Part shown: positions 32,002 through 43,176 of the stretch, piece after piece
How positions within the stretch are numbered: the first letter of the stretch is position 1
Layout of the letters: each line of letters opens with the position of its first letter
Assembly (NCBI GenBank): GCA_004322205.1
Contig: SCSN01000005.1
Span: 6,642 to 70,641 of the forward strand
Source of the DNA: Patescibacteria group bacterium
GTDB taxonomy: Bacteria > Patescibacteriota > Minisyncoccia > Phycocordibacterales > Zambryskibacteraceae
Length of the DNA stretch: 64,000 nucleotides
Direction of reading: 5' to 3'
Position numbers and translations under genes: made by a program
The notes under the pieces: generated by a model
The model's database searches: none
What the model saw: only the letters and a program-made list of their open reading frames with translations
Told to the model about the DNA's origin: nothing

Positions 32002-32154
32002 AGGGTTTCGTGCAGGTAATACTATACGAAAGTTGGCTCTTTGCAACTCGCTTTTCTGCCTTTTTTCTGCCTTGTTGTGCTCATCCGAAACGCGCTAAAA
32101 TCAAAATATAGATAAAAAGCTTGCACCTTGAGGCAAGCATCTTCTAAAACAAAT

Positions 32155-32574
32155 ATGACTTGGATCCTTTTCGCCCTCCTCTCTGCCCTTTTTGCGGCGC
32201 TGGTCGCCATCTTCGGAAAAATTGGGCTTAAAAATATTGACAGCACTCTGGCAACAACTATTCGCTCCGTTGTGATGGCTGGTTTTCTCATCATTATCTC
32301 CCTCCTTCTCCAAAAGCAGAAAGGTCTCGCCTCACTTGACGAGCGAACGCTCCTCTTCATTGTTCTCTCCGGTATTGCCGGGGCGCTCTCCTGGCTCGCC
32401 TATTTCTTCGCTCTGAAGTATGGAACGGCAATAGGTGTAGCGGCTCTCGACCGATTGAGTGTTGTTTTTGTTGTAATCCTTGCCGCACTTTTTTTGAGCG
32501 AGAGCCTCACTTGGAAAACAGGTCTCGCCTCGCTTTTTGTCGCCCTCGGCGCTATACTCATGGTTCTAAAATAG
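32155..32574 (+). CDS. EamA/DMT family small transporter
   Basis: FAALVAIFGKIGL..IDSTLATTIR, FFALK.G, DRLSVV, FLSESL. Confidence 0.88.
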   Translation: MTWILFALLSALFAALVAIFGKIGLKNIDSTLATTIRSVVMAGFLIIISLLLQKQKGLASLDERTLLFIVLSGIAGALSWLAYFFALKYGTAIGVAALDRLSVVFVVILAALFLSESLTWKTGLASLFVALGAILMVLK

Positions 32575-32619
32575 CCAGCTAGCTATTAGCTGATTAGCTT
32601 TTTAGACAAGTAAATAGAT

Positions 32620-33771
32620 ATGGCCAGAAGAAAAATTCTATATATGATCACAAAGGGCAACTTCGGCGGAGCGCAACGATATGTTTTTGATTTGGCGACT
32701 CACCTCCCCAAAGACCGATTCGATGTGACAGTAGCCTGCGGTGAAGGGCAGACGCTTAAAGAAAAATTGCGAGAAGCTCATGTCCGAGTAATTGAAATTC
32801 CTTCACTTCAGCGAGATGTAAATATTTGGAAGGACATTTCCTCCTTTTTCGAAATTACCTCTATTATCAGGAGAGAAAGACCGGATGTTCTGCATCTGAA
32901 CAGCTCAAAAATGGGCGGCCTCGGCGCTCTAGTAGGAAGATTGCTGGGGATCCCCAAAATTATTTTCACCGGCCACGGCTGGGCATTTAACGAAGAGAGG
33001 AACATTTTTTCAAAAGCAGTAATTGCCTCACTTCACTGGCTGACCATTCTTCTCTGTCACATCACCATTGCAGTTTCAAGACGCGTTGAAGATCAAATTA
33101 CGCGTTTTCCTTTTGTTAGAGATGGGGTGGTACAAATCTACAACGGCATCGACACCATCAAATTCGCAGGCACAGAGGAAGCAAGAAAGAAATTGGCTCC
33201 GCGGATTTCCAAAAATTTCTGGATCGGAACTATTTCAGAACTTCACAAAAACAAAGGATTGGATTTTCTGATTGAAGCGTTTGTGCGCCTTGCACCAAAT
33301 TACCCAAACGCCGTATGTGTAGTTGTCGGTGAAGGAGAAGAGCGAAGGCGCCTTGAGAAACTTATTGAAAAACATCACCTCTCAAACAGAGTTTTTCTTC
33401 TCGGTTCTGTGGCGGACGCCGCTCAGTATCTCAAGGCTTTTGATATCTTCACTCTGACCTCTCGTACCGAAGCCTTCCCCTACGCACCCATGGAAGCCGG
33501 CCTCGCAGAACTCCCCGTTGTCGCAAGCTGGGCAGGAGGAATTCCTGAAATCATAACGAACGGCGAATCAGGGGTTCTTGTTGACCCGACGGATACCGAA
33601 ATGCTCTCAAGAGCCTTTCAAGAACTTATTCAAAATGAGAAAGCAAGAAATGAACTTGGCAAAAACCTCAAGGAAAAAATAGAAAGAGAATTTTCTCTTT
33701 CAAAAATACTCGAGAAAACAATTCGTTTATACGAAAATAATTTCCACCCCACTCATCAAAAAATGGCTTAA
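32620..33771 (+). CDS. GT4 glycosyltransferase
   Basis: GGAQRYV, FTGHGW, IYNGID, EAFPYAPMEAG. Confidence 0.9.
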   Translation: MARRKILYMITKGNFGGAQRYVFDLATHLPKDRFDVTVACGEGQTLKEKLREAHVRVIEIPSLQRDVNIWKDISSFFEITSIIRRERPDVLHLNSSKMGGLGALVGRLLGIPKIIFTGHGWAFNEERNIFSKAVIASLHWLTILLCHITIAVSRRVEDQITRFPFVRDGVVQIYNGIDTIKFAGTEEARKKLAPRISKNFWIGTISELHKNKGLDFLIEAFVRLAPNYPNAVCVVVGEGEERRRLEKLIEKHHLSNRVFLLGSVADAAQYLKAFDIFTLTSRTEAFPYAPMEAGLAELPVVASWAGGIPEIITNGESGVLVDPTDTEMLSRAFQELIQNEKARNELGKNLKEKIEREFSLSKILEKTIRLYENNFHPTHQKMA

Positions 33772-33828
33772 ATAAGCCACTTTTTGGTAATCGCCATTCG
33801 TAATTCGATATTCGTTATTCGCTGACAA

Positions 33829-34995
33829 CTATTGAATTCCCGGTATTTCGCTTTCTCTAACGTCGTCGCGGTGTGTGGCGCGGCTGTACACCCGCTGTCC
33901 CATAAGAATCCCTAGCCCCAAGAATTCAGTTACCAAGTGACTGCCCCCGTAGCTCATAAACGGAATGGTAACACCGGTTATGGGTAGTAAACCAATGTTC
34001 ATTCCTACGTGAACAATAATGTGCGCCATGAAGAAAATGGCAAGACCTAAGCCGAAAAACATTTCAAAGTTGCCGGCGCCAAGCATCGCCGCCCGGAGAA
34101 TCCTCCAAATTATCACGCCGTAGAGTGAGAGGAGGAGAAGCGAACCGACAAACCCCCACTCCTCCGCAAAAGCCGCGAAAATAAAATCGGTTTCATACTC
34201 GGGGAGAAATCGGAGTTTCGATTGGGTGCCATACCCCACACCCTTGCCAAAAAGTTCTCCCGACCCAACAGCAATAGTGGACTGACGGGCGTTATAGCCC
34301 GTCCCGCGCACGTCAGCTAGCGGATCTAGGAAAGTGATAATCCGTTGTTTCTGATAAGGCGCCAGTGCGAAAGACCACAAGAGCATTGAAGCAACTGCAA
34401 CAGAGGCGATAACCGCAAGGAGGTGCTTCTTAGATATTCCCGAAACCAGAACCATCCCAAACCAGATGAGAAAAATAATAATGGCTGACCCGAAATCAGG
34501 TTGAAGGAGAACTAAAAGAAAAAAGATTAGAGCATACGTCCCCGAAACAAGAATGTGCCGGATGTGAGCGATCTCGACATGCCGACGGCTGAAATACTTG
34601 GACAGTAGAAGCACTAAAGTGAGCTTCGCCGGGTCAGACGGCTGGAATGAAAAACCACCCAAATCAAACCAGCTGCGAGCCCCCTGAAAAACAGAGCCGG
34701 CGGCAAAGAGAAAAAGAAGAAACAGCGCCGAAACCACAAAAAGAACAACAATTACTCCAGTGCGCCGTAAAAATCTCCAGTCAACGAGGCTCGCAGCAAA
34801 AAAGACGACGAGGGAAAGCGAGAGCCAAACGCTCTGCCGCTCGAAAAAATAGCTCTCCCCCACAAACGAATTCATAGTCGCGAGCCCGGCGAGAGCAACA
34901 AGAAGAACTGGGGCAAGAAGCACCCAGTCGACGCGAAGAATAGAGATCTTCTTTGAGACAAGAATCTCTCGAACGCCGGCAAAAAGTTCGGTCAC
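33829..34995 (-). CDS. rodA: SEDS peptidoglycan glycosyltransferase RodA
   Basis: GARSW, FQPSD.AK, QPDFG, FLPEYETDFIF, LPITGVTIPFMSYGGS. Confidence 0.92.
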   Translation of the reverse strand: MTELFAGVREILVSKKISILRVDWVLLAPVLLVALAGLATMNSFVGESYFFERQSVWLSLSLVVFFAASLVDWRFLRRTGVIVVLFVVSALFLLFLFAAGSVFQGARSWFDLGGFSFQPSDPAKLTLVLLLSKYFSRRHVEIAHIRHILVSGTYALIFFLLVLLQPDFGSAIIIFLIWFGMVLVSGISKKHLLAVIASVAVASMLLWSFALAPYQKQRIITFLDPLADVRGTGYNARQSTIAVGSGELFGKGVGYGTQSKLRFLPEYETDFIFAAFAEEWGFVGSLLLLSLYGVIIWRILRAAMLGAGNFEMFFGLGLAIFFMAHIIVHVGMNIGLLPITGVTIPFMSYGGSHLVTEFLGLGILMGQRVYSRATHRDDVRESEIPGIQ

Positions 34996-35001
34996 GATAA
35001 T

Positions 35002-36372
35002 TTAGCGAGGATAGATGCGAGGGATAATTTCAATCACTGCCGCGCGGGTGGTGCAGATTTTCTCTGCGATTTTCTTATAAACTCCCCGCAGCTCCTTTGC
35101 CGTTGGAGTAAGGAAGAACTCCTCCGAACTCGAGGCAATCGACCGCAAGAATGATTCATTTACATTTTTCCCAAGGCCGATAGTAAAGAGAGCAATCCGA
35201 CTCTGTCTCATGTCGTTGGCAACCTGCTGCGCGTATGTCTCCGGGTAGCCGGGATCACCGCCCTTCTCCGGACGTGTGGCCACCCCGTCAGTGAGAAGAA
35301 TTGCTACCTGCGAGGCAGCGGAAGCGTGCCGAGATGAAACAAGCTCTTCCTTGGCTTTGAGCAAACCGTCAGCGATGTTTGTGTGCTGAATGTCGGTCTC
35401 CCGAATCGCAATCCTCTCGATTGCCCGTTTGACCGCCTCGAAGTTTCTGCCTAAGACACTTTCTATAGGACTCGCCGCCTCTGTCGCAAATGAAACGACC
35501 GCTGCTTGATCCTTCTCATGCAGAAGATTCACAAAATAGACAGCGGCGTTCTTCACGTCAGTAAGCGGTTGGGGAGGGTTTGCACCTAAATCGTCCATGC
35601 TGCCGGAGCGGTCGAGCACCAGAGTAACGTCAACGGGCGCGGCGCAGACCTCGGCACGAGTCGGGAAAGGTTGGGGCCAGGTAAACACCACCTCGGCTTC
35701 CCCTCCTTTATCCAGATATTCAAGAAAAGTGCGCGAGGAGGCGATGGCATTGCCGTCGCTGTCAAAGATAAGAGCAGTAAGTTCAAGGTCCCTGATCGGC
35801 TCAAGAGATTTGTTTTCAACCGTTGCCTCGACGCGTGGGGTGGTCTCTTCACGCATGAGCGCCTTATTAGTAATGGAGATCTCCGGCCCGGAGACGGTCG
35901 TTCTGCTCCAAACAAGCTCTCCCCACTCAAATGTCGCCTTGGCGGGTATGCGCTCTTCCAGGGAAAAATTTCCGTCAAAAACCGCGAAAGTTTTGCCCCT
36001 GGGAATAAAAGTCGAGCCGCGACGCTCAAGAATAAGGAGTCCCTCTTTGTCATAGATCCGAAAGATATAAGGAGCAGAGCGAACTCCCGCAGACACATTG
36101 GGGTTCTCAACGTAAGCGAGTAAACTGTAAACGCCAAGTGAGACACGGAAAATCCGCGGATCCCACTTGAGAATGGGATCGAGGGCCTCCGCCCGGCAGA
36201 GCAGCCGACAGGAGCCGCCGCAATCAACGCCAGTTTCGTCACTGTTCTTTTTCCCGTCAAAACAAGTGGGTGGTTTGTAGATAAAAATAAAAAACGGCAA
36301 CACCACAAAGAGAAGAATGGCGGCAACCAGAATGCCGAAATACTCAAGTTTACGCTTGGTAGACCAATCCAT
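35002..36372 (-). CDS. Membrane-anchored protein with a DCGG cysteine motif and C-terminal vWA domain
   Basis: TM, PTCFDGKKNSDETGVDCGGSC; LVLDRSGS, TNIADG, LLTDG, FTIGLG (MIDAS). Confidence 0.85.
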   Translation of the reverse strand: MDWSTKRKLEYFGILVAAILLFVVLPFFIFIYKPPTCFDGKKNSDETGVDCGGSCRLLCRAEALDPILKWDPRIFRVSLGVYSLLAYVENPNVSAGVRSAPYIFRIYDKEGLLILERRGSTFIPRGKTFAVFDGNFSLEERIPAKATFEWGELVWSRTTVSGPEISITNKALMREETTPRVEATVENKSLEPIRDLELTALIFDSDGNAIASSRTFLEYLDKGGEAEVVFTWPQPFPTRAEVCAAPVDVTLVLDRSGSMDDLGANPPQPLTDVKNAAVYFVNLLHEKDQAAVVSFATEAASPIESVLGRNFEAVKRAIERIAIRETDIQHTNIADGLLKAKEELVSSRHASAASQVAILLTDGVATRPEKGGDPGYPETYAQQVANDMRQSRIALFTIGLGKNVNESFLRSIASSSEEFFLTPTAKELRGVYKKIAEKICTTRAAVIEIIPRIYPR

Positions 36373-36443
36373 GCAAGAATTCTAGCAGAATCCATGCAAA
36401 CAAAAAGCCCCGTGTACAAGCAGGCTTTCTGCTGTAGACAGGG

Positions 36444-36671
36444 CTAGGTGGTGATCCCCAACTTCCTGGCAATCTTATCCCTTCTGACGGAAAGAGATCT
36501 GATTACCTCGATGTTGTCGCGGATACCATCCACCAGGGAAGCGGCGCCGCCCACGCGGTAAGGATCATTAAGATCCTTACGCATGTCTCGATTTTCGAGC
36601 AGACACTGCTCGATCGTGCACTGCAGAGCTCGGTATTCTTCCTCCAGCCTTTCCTGACGATGCCGCTTCAT
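36444..36671 (-). CDS. Small hypothetical helical protein
   Basis: Own TTGACG..TATAAT promoter and downstream hairpin (36405-36428); start uncertain. Confidence 0.4.
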   Translation of the reverse strand: MKRHRQERLEEEYRALQCTIEQCLLENRDMRKDLNDPYRVGGAASLVDGIRDNIEVIRSLSVRRDKIARKLGITT

Positions 36672-36781
36672 CCCACGAGAGGTTCTGAGCAACTTACCCC
36701 CCTGGCCTTTGGCCGGAACAGGTTTGTTTTCTATTGCTATTATAGCATACAAGATGCTAAGGCGTCAAGTATATTTTGACA

Positions 36782-36813
36782 CAGAAAAAACCCTTAAAAT
36801 AAGGGTTTTTTCT
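36782..36813. terminator. Terminator after the 23S-5S unit
   Basis: CAGAAAAAACCCTTA-AAA-TAAGGGTTTTTTCTG. Confidence 0.7.
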
Positions 36814-36829
36814 GATTGAACACTTGGTT

Positions 36830-36954
36830 CTGGCGGCTAGCTATTTCCCCCGCGAGGAGTATCACCCGCCCGACTGAATGATTTCAGTCATTCGGACAGG
36901 TCGCCACGGGCTTTCAGCCCGAGGCTGATCCGCCTAGGGTGGAAACTTCCGTGT
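36830..36954 (-). pseudogene. Degenerate partial 5S rRNA copy interrupted by two palindromic inserts
   Basis: ctggcggctagcta..tttcccc..gagtatca / tcgcca..cgggctt / aacttccgtgt match the adjacent 5S in order. Confidence 0.7.
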
Positions 36955-36985
36955 CCTCGTAGGAGAAATTTGAAAAGTTAAGTAC

Positions 36986-37100
36986 TTTGTGCTGGCGGCT
37001 AGCTACTTTCCCCTTGCGAGTATCATCGCCACTACCGGGCTTAACTTCCGTGTTCGGAATGAGAACGGGTGTGACCCCGGCGTTAAGCCACCAACACAAA
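36986..37100 (-). rRNA. rrf: 5S rRNA
   Basis: CACACCCGTTCTCATTCCGAACACGGAAGTTAAG, GATGATACT..GGGAAAGTAG; terminal helix TTTGTGTTGGTGG/CCGCCAGCACAAA. Confidence 0.93.
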
Positions 37101-37216
37101 GAACTCAACACCGCACTCTTAACCCAAACTGAAAAAGAAATTCAATCAAATGCTTTGAAGTGAGTGCGATTCGCGTCCGAATCGCACTGTGGAAAGAACA
37201 ACGTGAGACTTCGGCA

Positions 37217-37357
37217 TGGCCGTGGCAGGATTTGAACCTGCGACCCCTCCATGCACTGGAGCGCTCTGCCCTGACCTTCGAGTCCGTGCCAGAACTGCAG
37301 GTATTGCGTATTGCACGGAAAGCTCATGACTACGGTCAGTTTCTGAGCTACACGGCC
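37217..37357 (-). ncRNA. tRNA-like RNA with a 69-nt stem-loop in the D loop and a 5-nt anticodon loop
   Basis: GGCCGTG/CACGGCC-A acceptor, TAGCTC..GAGC D stem, CTCCA-GTGCA-TGGAG, GCAGG-TTCAAAT-CCTGC; enclosed by an 18-bp inverted repeat. Confidence 0.75.
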
Positions 37358-37919
37358 AAACACAGATAACCCACTTCAAAGCATTTGATATCCTGCACAC
37401 TTGACCCCGTAGTAGTCCCGCTTTGCGGGATCACTACGGGTTGATTTCATGAAACAGGGTGAAGTTTATGTCTAGCACATTGGTTCGCACATTTCCCCAT
37501 AAGAATCGACGCGTTAGTACGCCTCGGCTCAACCCATTACTGGGCTTACACCTGGCGCCTATCAACGTGGTCATCTCCCACGGGTCTCAACGATTCCTAA
37601 TCTTGGGGCTGGCTTCCCTCTTAGATGCTTTCAGAGGTTATCCAAACCGAACTTAGCTACTCTGCGGTGCCCTTGGCAGGAACAGCAGATACACCAGAGG
37701 TTCGTTCTCTTCGGTCCTCTCGTACTAGAAGAGACCCCCCTCAAGAATCAACGCCTGCAGTAGATAGGAGACCAACCTGTCTCACGACGGTCTGAACCCA
37801 GCTCACGTAACTTTTTAATTGGCGAACAGCCAAACCCTTGGGAGCTTCTTCACCCCCAGGATAAGTTGAGCCGACATCGAGGTGCCGAACTCCGCCGTCG
37901 CTGTGGACGCTTGGGCGGA

Positions 37920-37953
<34 letters not shown>

Positions 37954-38430
37954 ATAATCTCCGGCCGCCTCTAACGCGGACCGTCGGTTCACTTGGCTCT
38001 GCTTTCGCATCTGCTCGGCACGTACGCCTCACAGTTAAGCCGGCTTGTGCCCATACACTATCGGCACGGTTTCCATTCGCGCCTAGCCGACCTTAATAGA
38101 CTCCTCCGTTACTCTTTAGGAGGATAGCGCCCCACTAAAACTGCCCACCAGATACTGTCTCTCGCCGTTTTTGCCGGCGAGGTTCAGAGCGCACATTTCA
38201 CAAGAATGGTATTTCACTGACGACTCCGGGTCGCCCGAGAGCGACCTTTCAAAGTCTCCCATCTATGCTACGCATGCAAAACATACACTCAATATCAAGT
38301 TGCAGTAAAGCTCCCGGGGTCTTTTCGTCTAACTGCAGGTAACCGGCATCTTCACCGGTATTGTATTTTCACCGAGCGGATCCCCGAGACAGTTCTCCAG
38401 TCATTACGCCATTCGTGCGCGTCGGAACTT

Positions 38431-39183
<753 letters not shown>

Positions 39184-39902
39184 CATGCTTTCAGCTCCTC
39201 ATGGTTGCCCATGAGATTGGACTATGTCTTCACCATTTTCTGGTGTCTTGCGTATAGTCTCTGAGGATTCTTCCTTGTACACATCTGATAAAGAGTATGT
39301 ACGTTTTCTACCTCGATCATCGTTGAGCTTTTCACGAAGCTGTAGAATTTCCTTTCTTCCAATGTGATTTAAGTGGTCACCTCGGTACATTTTTTCTACA
39401 ATTTCCTTGAAGATCGAGAAGTTTTTTTTCTTTCGAGCGGAAAGAAAACCAAACCGCTGAAAAAATGGAACGATAATCTCTTGAAGTGATTTTATATTTG
39501 TCACTTCATAATAGATCACCCCATCTTTCCTCTCTCTAAGGGTTCCGCATCCGAGCGTATCTTTTATTTTCGCCAGGATTACACGATCTCTTTGAGATAT
39601 ATTGAACGAAGCGCAAAGTTTCCATTCATCTCGATAATCAAGCCTATGCTTGATTGAGACATTGAAGCTTCCTTCGCCATCAGTGAAGCCCGCAATGTAA
39701 TTGCCAAGAGCTACACCTATATTTTGTATTCCTTTGCTCATAATTTTAAGCAAGGAAGTTTCCTGCTAGTTGTCTGCAATACAGCGTTGTTACTGTGCTT
39801 CGACAGCGCGAGTAGTTGTATTTCTTCACCGCTTCAATTCTAGCGGACAGAGTTTCTAGCATACAGCAAGATTTTTTAACGTAACTACAACGGTCATTCT
39901 CT
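39184..39902 (-). mobile_element. Group I intron at L1917
   Basis: Interrupts GTAACTAT|AACGGTCC; P1 GTAACTAT/GTAGTTAC; R TCAGAGACTA; S AAGACATAGTCC; ends in G. Confidence 0.92.
39199..39753 (-). CDS. LAGLIDADG homing endonuclease (intact), intron-encoded
   Basis: YIAGFTDGEGSFNVS, FNISQRD, LGCG, IVPFF; C-terminus runs through the R/S elements (SSETIR). Confidence 0.93.
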   Translation of the reverse strand: MLKIMSKGIQNIGVALGNYIAGFTDGEGSFNVSIKHRLDYRDEWKLCASFNISQRDRVILAKIKDTLGCGTLRERKDGVIYYEVTNIKSLQEIIVPFFQRFGFLSARKKKNFSIFKEIVEKMYRGDHLNHIGRKEILQLREKLNDDRGRKRTYSLSDVYKEESSETIRKTPENGEDIVQSHGQP

Positions 39903-40078
39903 ATAGTTACGGCCGACATTCACCAGGGCTTACAACGGTCAGCCCGCAATCTTGCGATCGCGAACCGCCATCGTTTGACCTTCTGGCATTGGTCAGGCGT
40001 CACCCCCTATACATCCTCTTGCGAGTTCGCAGGGAGCTGTGTTTTTGATAAACAGTTGCCAGAGATACTTTTGTTGCA

Positions 40079-40333
40079 GCCTCCCACACTCAACCCTCTT
40101 TCAAAAAGAGGGGGCGGTGGAGAAACCAGAGAATGGGCCGCGGCCCAGCATTGTTTCGCTGGTAGCCGATTAACGTGCTTCCCAGTTCACGACTGAATCC
40201 AACATCACATATTTCGCATGCGCATGCGAAATATGTGAGAGATCTTCATCAGAATTCATTTCCTGTTTTTTCTCTGGCTCCTCCACTCTTGTGTACATTC
40301 ACTTCCCTAACAAAAGGGCTGAATGTGGGAGGC
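40079..40333. other. ~250-nt structured expansion in the 23S helix 63 region
   Basis: Closed by GCCTCCCACA/TGTGGGAGGC; internal palindrome cacatatttcgcatgcgcatgcgaaatatgtg. Confidence 0.7.
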
Positions 40334-40860
40334 AAGCCTTATTCCGAGGTTACGGCTGCTTTTTTGCCGAGTTCCTTGGGGATTTCTCACTCGTTCGCCT
40401 TACTCTACTCGAGCAGACCACCTGTGTCGGTTTGCGGTACGGGCTTAATACGTTTAACCTTAGAAGTTTTTCTCGGAAGGCGGCTTGCGCAAATCGACTG
40501 GTCCGAAGACCAACCTTCTTCCCAACTCCTCCGGGCAATACTCTCCGGATTTTCCTAGAGAGCACCCTCGAGCCAGGAACGATAATCCAATAAATCGCTC
40601 GCGTTACTCACCTTCGTCACTCCATCGAAACGCATCAAGGTCACGGAATATTAACCGTGTGTCCATCGGCTGCGGCTTTCGCCATTGCCTTAGGCCCGAC
40701 TAACCCTTGGTTGATTGACATTGCCAAGGAAACCTTGGTCTTGCGGCGGGCCGCGTTCTCAGCGGCCTTGCGGTTACTTGTGCCAACATTCTTCCTTCGC
40801 AACGCTCCACCCCGACTTACGTCGTGGGCTTCACGGCAGATGCGAATACTCTCCTACCAC

Positions 40861-40987
40861 GCTCGCGCGCAGCGCGAGCAAGTCAAAAGTTGAAAGTCTA
40901 TAAAGTCTCTAAAGCAAATTTTTTGAATTCACTTTCAGACTTTATGGACTTTATGGAACTTTAAACTTGCTTGTGCTACGCACAAGC
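40861..40987. repeat. AAAGTC/GACTTT repeat hairpin at 23S helix 45 (IVS-like)
   Basis: Between ctcctaccac and atcctcaatttcggt; long repeat stem flanked by two short hairpins. Confidence 0.75.
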
Positions 40988-41056
40988 ATCCTCAATTTCG
41001 GTACCACGCTTAAGCCCCGATTATCTTCGGCGCAGAGTCTCTATCTGAGTGAGCTG

Positions 41057-41099
<43 letters not shown>

Positions 41100-41614
41100 C
41101 AGTGTCAGAGAAACTCCACCACCTTACGTGCACTGAGCATGGATTTAGGGACCTTAAGTTGAGATGCGGGCTGTTTCCCTTTTGACCAATGGAGCTTAGC
41201 CCCCACGGTCTAACTGCCGCGCTTTTACCCGGAGTATTCGGAGTTTGATAGGTCTGGCGAGCTTTCGCCCTGTCCAGACCTTCCAGTGCTCTACCCCTCC
41301 GGGGAACACGCGACGCAAGCCCAAAAGCTTTTTCGGAGAGAACCAGCTATTACCAAGTTCGATTAGCTTTTCACTTCTTATCACAAGTCATCCGAGAGTT
41401 TTGCACAGCTCACCGGTTCGGGCCTCCTCCCCGCTTTCGCGGGGATTCACCCTGCTCATGACAAGCTCACTTGGCTTCGGGTCTGATGCTATACCTCATC
41501 CGCCGATTGGCGGATCGCCCTGTTCAGACTCGCTTTCGCTATGCCTCCAGGGACAAACCCCTTAGACAAAGGTGTAGCATCAACTCGTTGGCTCATTCTT
41601 CAATAGGCACGCCG

Positions 41615-41762
41615 TTGCGGACATCACGCAAAGTATGATGTCCGCAAGTCTGTAAAGTCAAAAGTCAAAAGTCAAAAGTTAGGAACAAGTGCTCCGACTT
41701 TATGGACTTTATGACTTTATGGACTTTTAACTTGCGGCATCACACACTGTGTGATGCCCGCT
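41615..41762. repeat. AAAGTC/GACTTT repeat hairpin at 23S helix 25 (IVS-like)
   Basis: Between ggcacgccg and cttcgactccttgtag; same architecture as the H45 insert. Confidence 0.75.
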
Positions 41763-41817
41763 TCGACTCCTTGTAGACATATGGTTTCAGGTCTATTTCA
41801 CCGCCCTCACCGGGCTG

Positions 41818-41857
<40 letters not shown>

Positions 41858-42912
41858 TCTAAAAGTATTTAGCCTTGCCGGTTAGTTCCGGCAGATTCCC
41901 CCGAGCCACTCGTGTCTCGAGGTACTCAAGAACAGTAACAGAAGAGATGTTTCATTTTCACGTACGGGACTGTTACCCTCTTGGGTCGAGCGTTCCAGCT
42001 CGTTTTGTTAATGAAACACTTTGTAACTCTTTTCCCTCACTAACTCTGCTACCAAGAGTGCCTGGGCACTGCTTCGGAACAAAGTTAGTGAGGGGTGTTA
42101 CCGCCTTACTACCCCCACCTACGCTCCTTGCTTCCCAGCAAGAAGCTTCGGTGGGCACAGCCCAGCAACTGGTGCTGAGCTTGCCCGGCCGAAGTTCTTT
42201 GCGAAGCAAAGAACGGAGGCGGGTTTGGGCTTCTTCCTTTTCGCTCGCCGCTACTAAGGAAATTCTAGTTGGTTTCTTTTCCTCCAGGTACTGAAATGTT
42301 TTACTTCCCTGGGTTTACACGTAGGCATCTAAGTCCTACATTCCCGACGCGAAGTCAGGAGGGTTTCCCCATTCGGAGATCTCCGGATCAAAGGTTGCTA
42401 GGCACCTCCCCGAAGCGTATCGCCGCCACGCCGCGTCCTTCATCGCCTTTTAGAGCCAAGGCATCCACCATACGCCCTTACATTTCCTATGAGGAAATGT
42501 ACGAACCGCTTACCCGAATCATTTTTGCTACGCAAAAATGATTCGGGCTTTTACTTCATCCCGTACCAACTTTGCAACTGAACTACGGCGCGAAGTGCGA
42601 GTGGCAAGTAGCCACATTCTTCTTCACGGCGCAGCGCTTCGCCCATCGAGGGAGGCACTATTCGTGCACGCACTGCGCAAAATAACTTCAGAAGCAAAAT
42701 TGGTACGGGGCTTCACCCTGTTTCATGAAATCAATTCATACAACAGGATTTTTCCCGTACGAAATCGGTTATCCTTGATAACCGTAGTTTTTTGTACGGG
42801 ACCTGCGTCCCGCCCATATTCATGGGCGGGACAAGCTTGCCTTCAAACGAAGACCCCCTTACCCGCAATCCGCCGGCTGGCGGAGCGGGAGAGAAACGTT
42901 TGCGACAAGCAT

Positions 42913-43084
42913 TTAGTTGTCAAAGAGCCGACCCATTGACGTTCAGAAACGAAAATCGCCGCTCTCAAAGCGGCGACAGGTAACACACTTAGACACGGTG
43001 CTACCATTTCCGCTTTGAGAAAAGATTGCGAAGATACGTCATACAGGTGCACACTTAGTATAGTCAAGCCAAAAAAGCTGTCAA
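42913..43084 (-). promoter_or_regulatory. 23S-5S promoter and boxA
   Basis: TTGACA-16 nt-TATACT (43084-43057); boxA-like GCTCTTTGACAA at 42928-42917. Confidence 0.8.
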
Positions 43085-43176
43085 ATTAGCTGGGGAAAAC
43101 AAACAGCCCCCCGTGAGATGTCGCGCTCTACGCGCTATCTCACGGGAGGCTGTCTTATCCCAAATTACAGCGTATC

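Noticed and set aside
35586-36419. 277-aa alternative-frame ORF inside the vWA gene
   Set aside because: Almost fully overlaps a well-supported CDS, has no motifs, and its composition is typical of an off-frame read.
37217-37357. Calling the element a functional tRNA-Ala(TGC)
   Set aside because: The anticodon loop is 5 nt, U33 and G3:U70 are missing, and the D loop has a 69-nt insert; kept only as tRNA-like.
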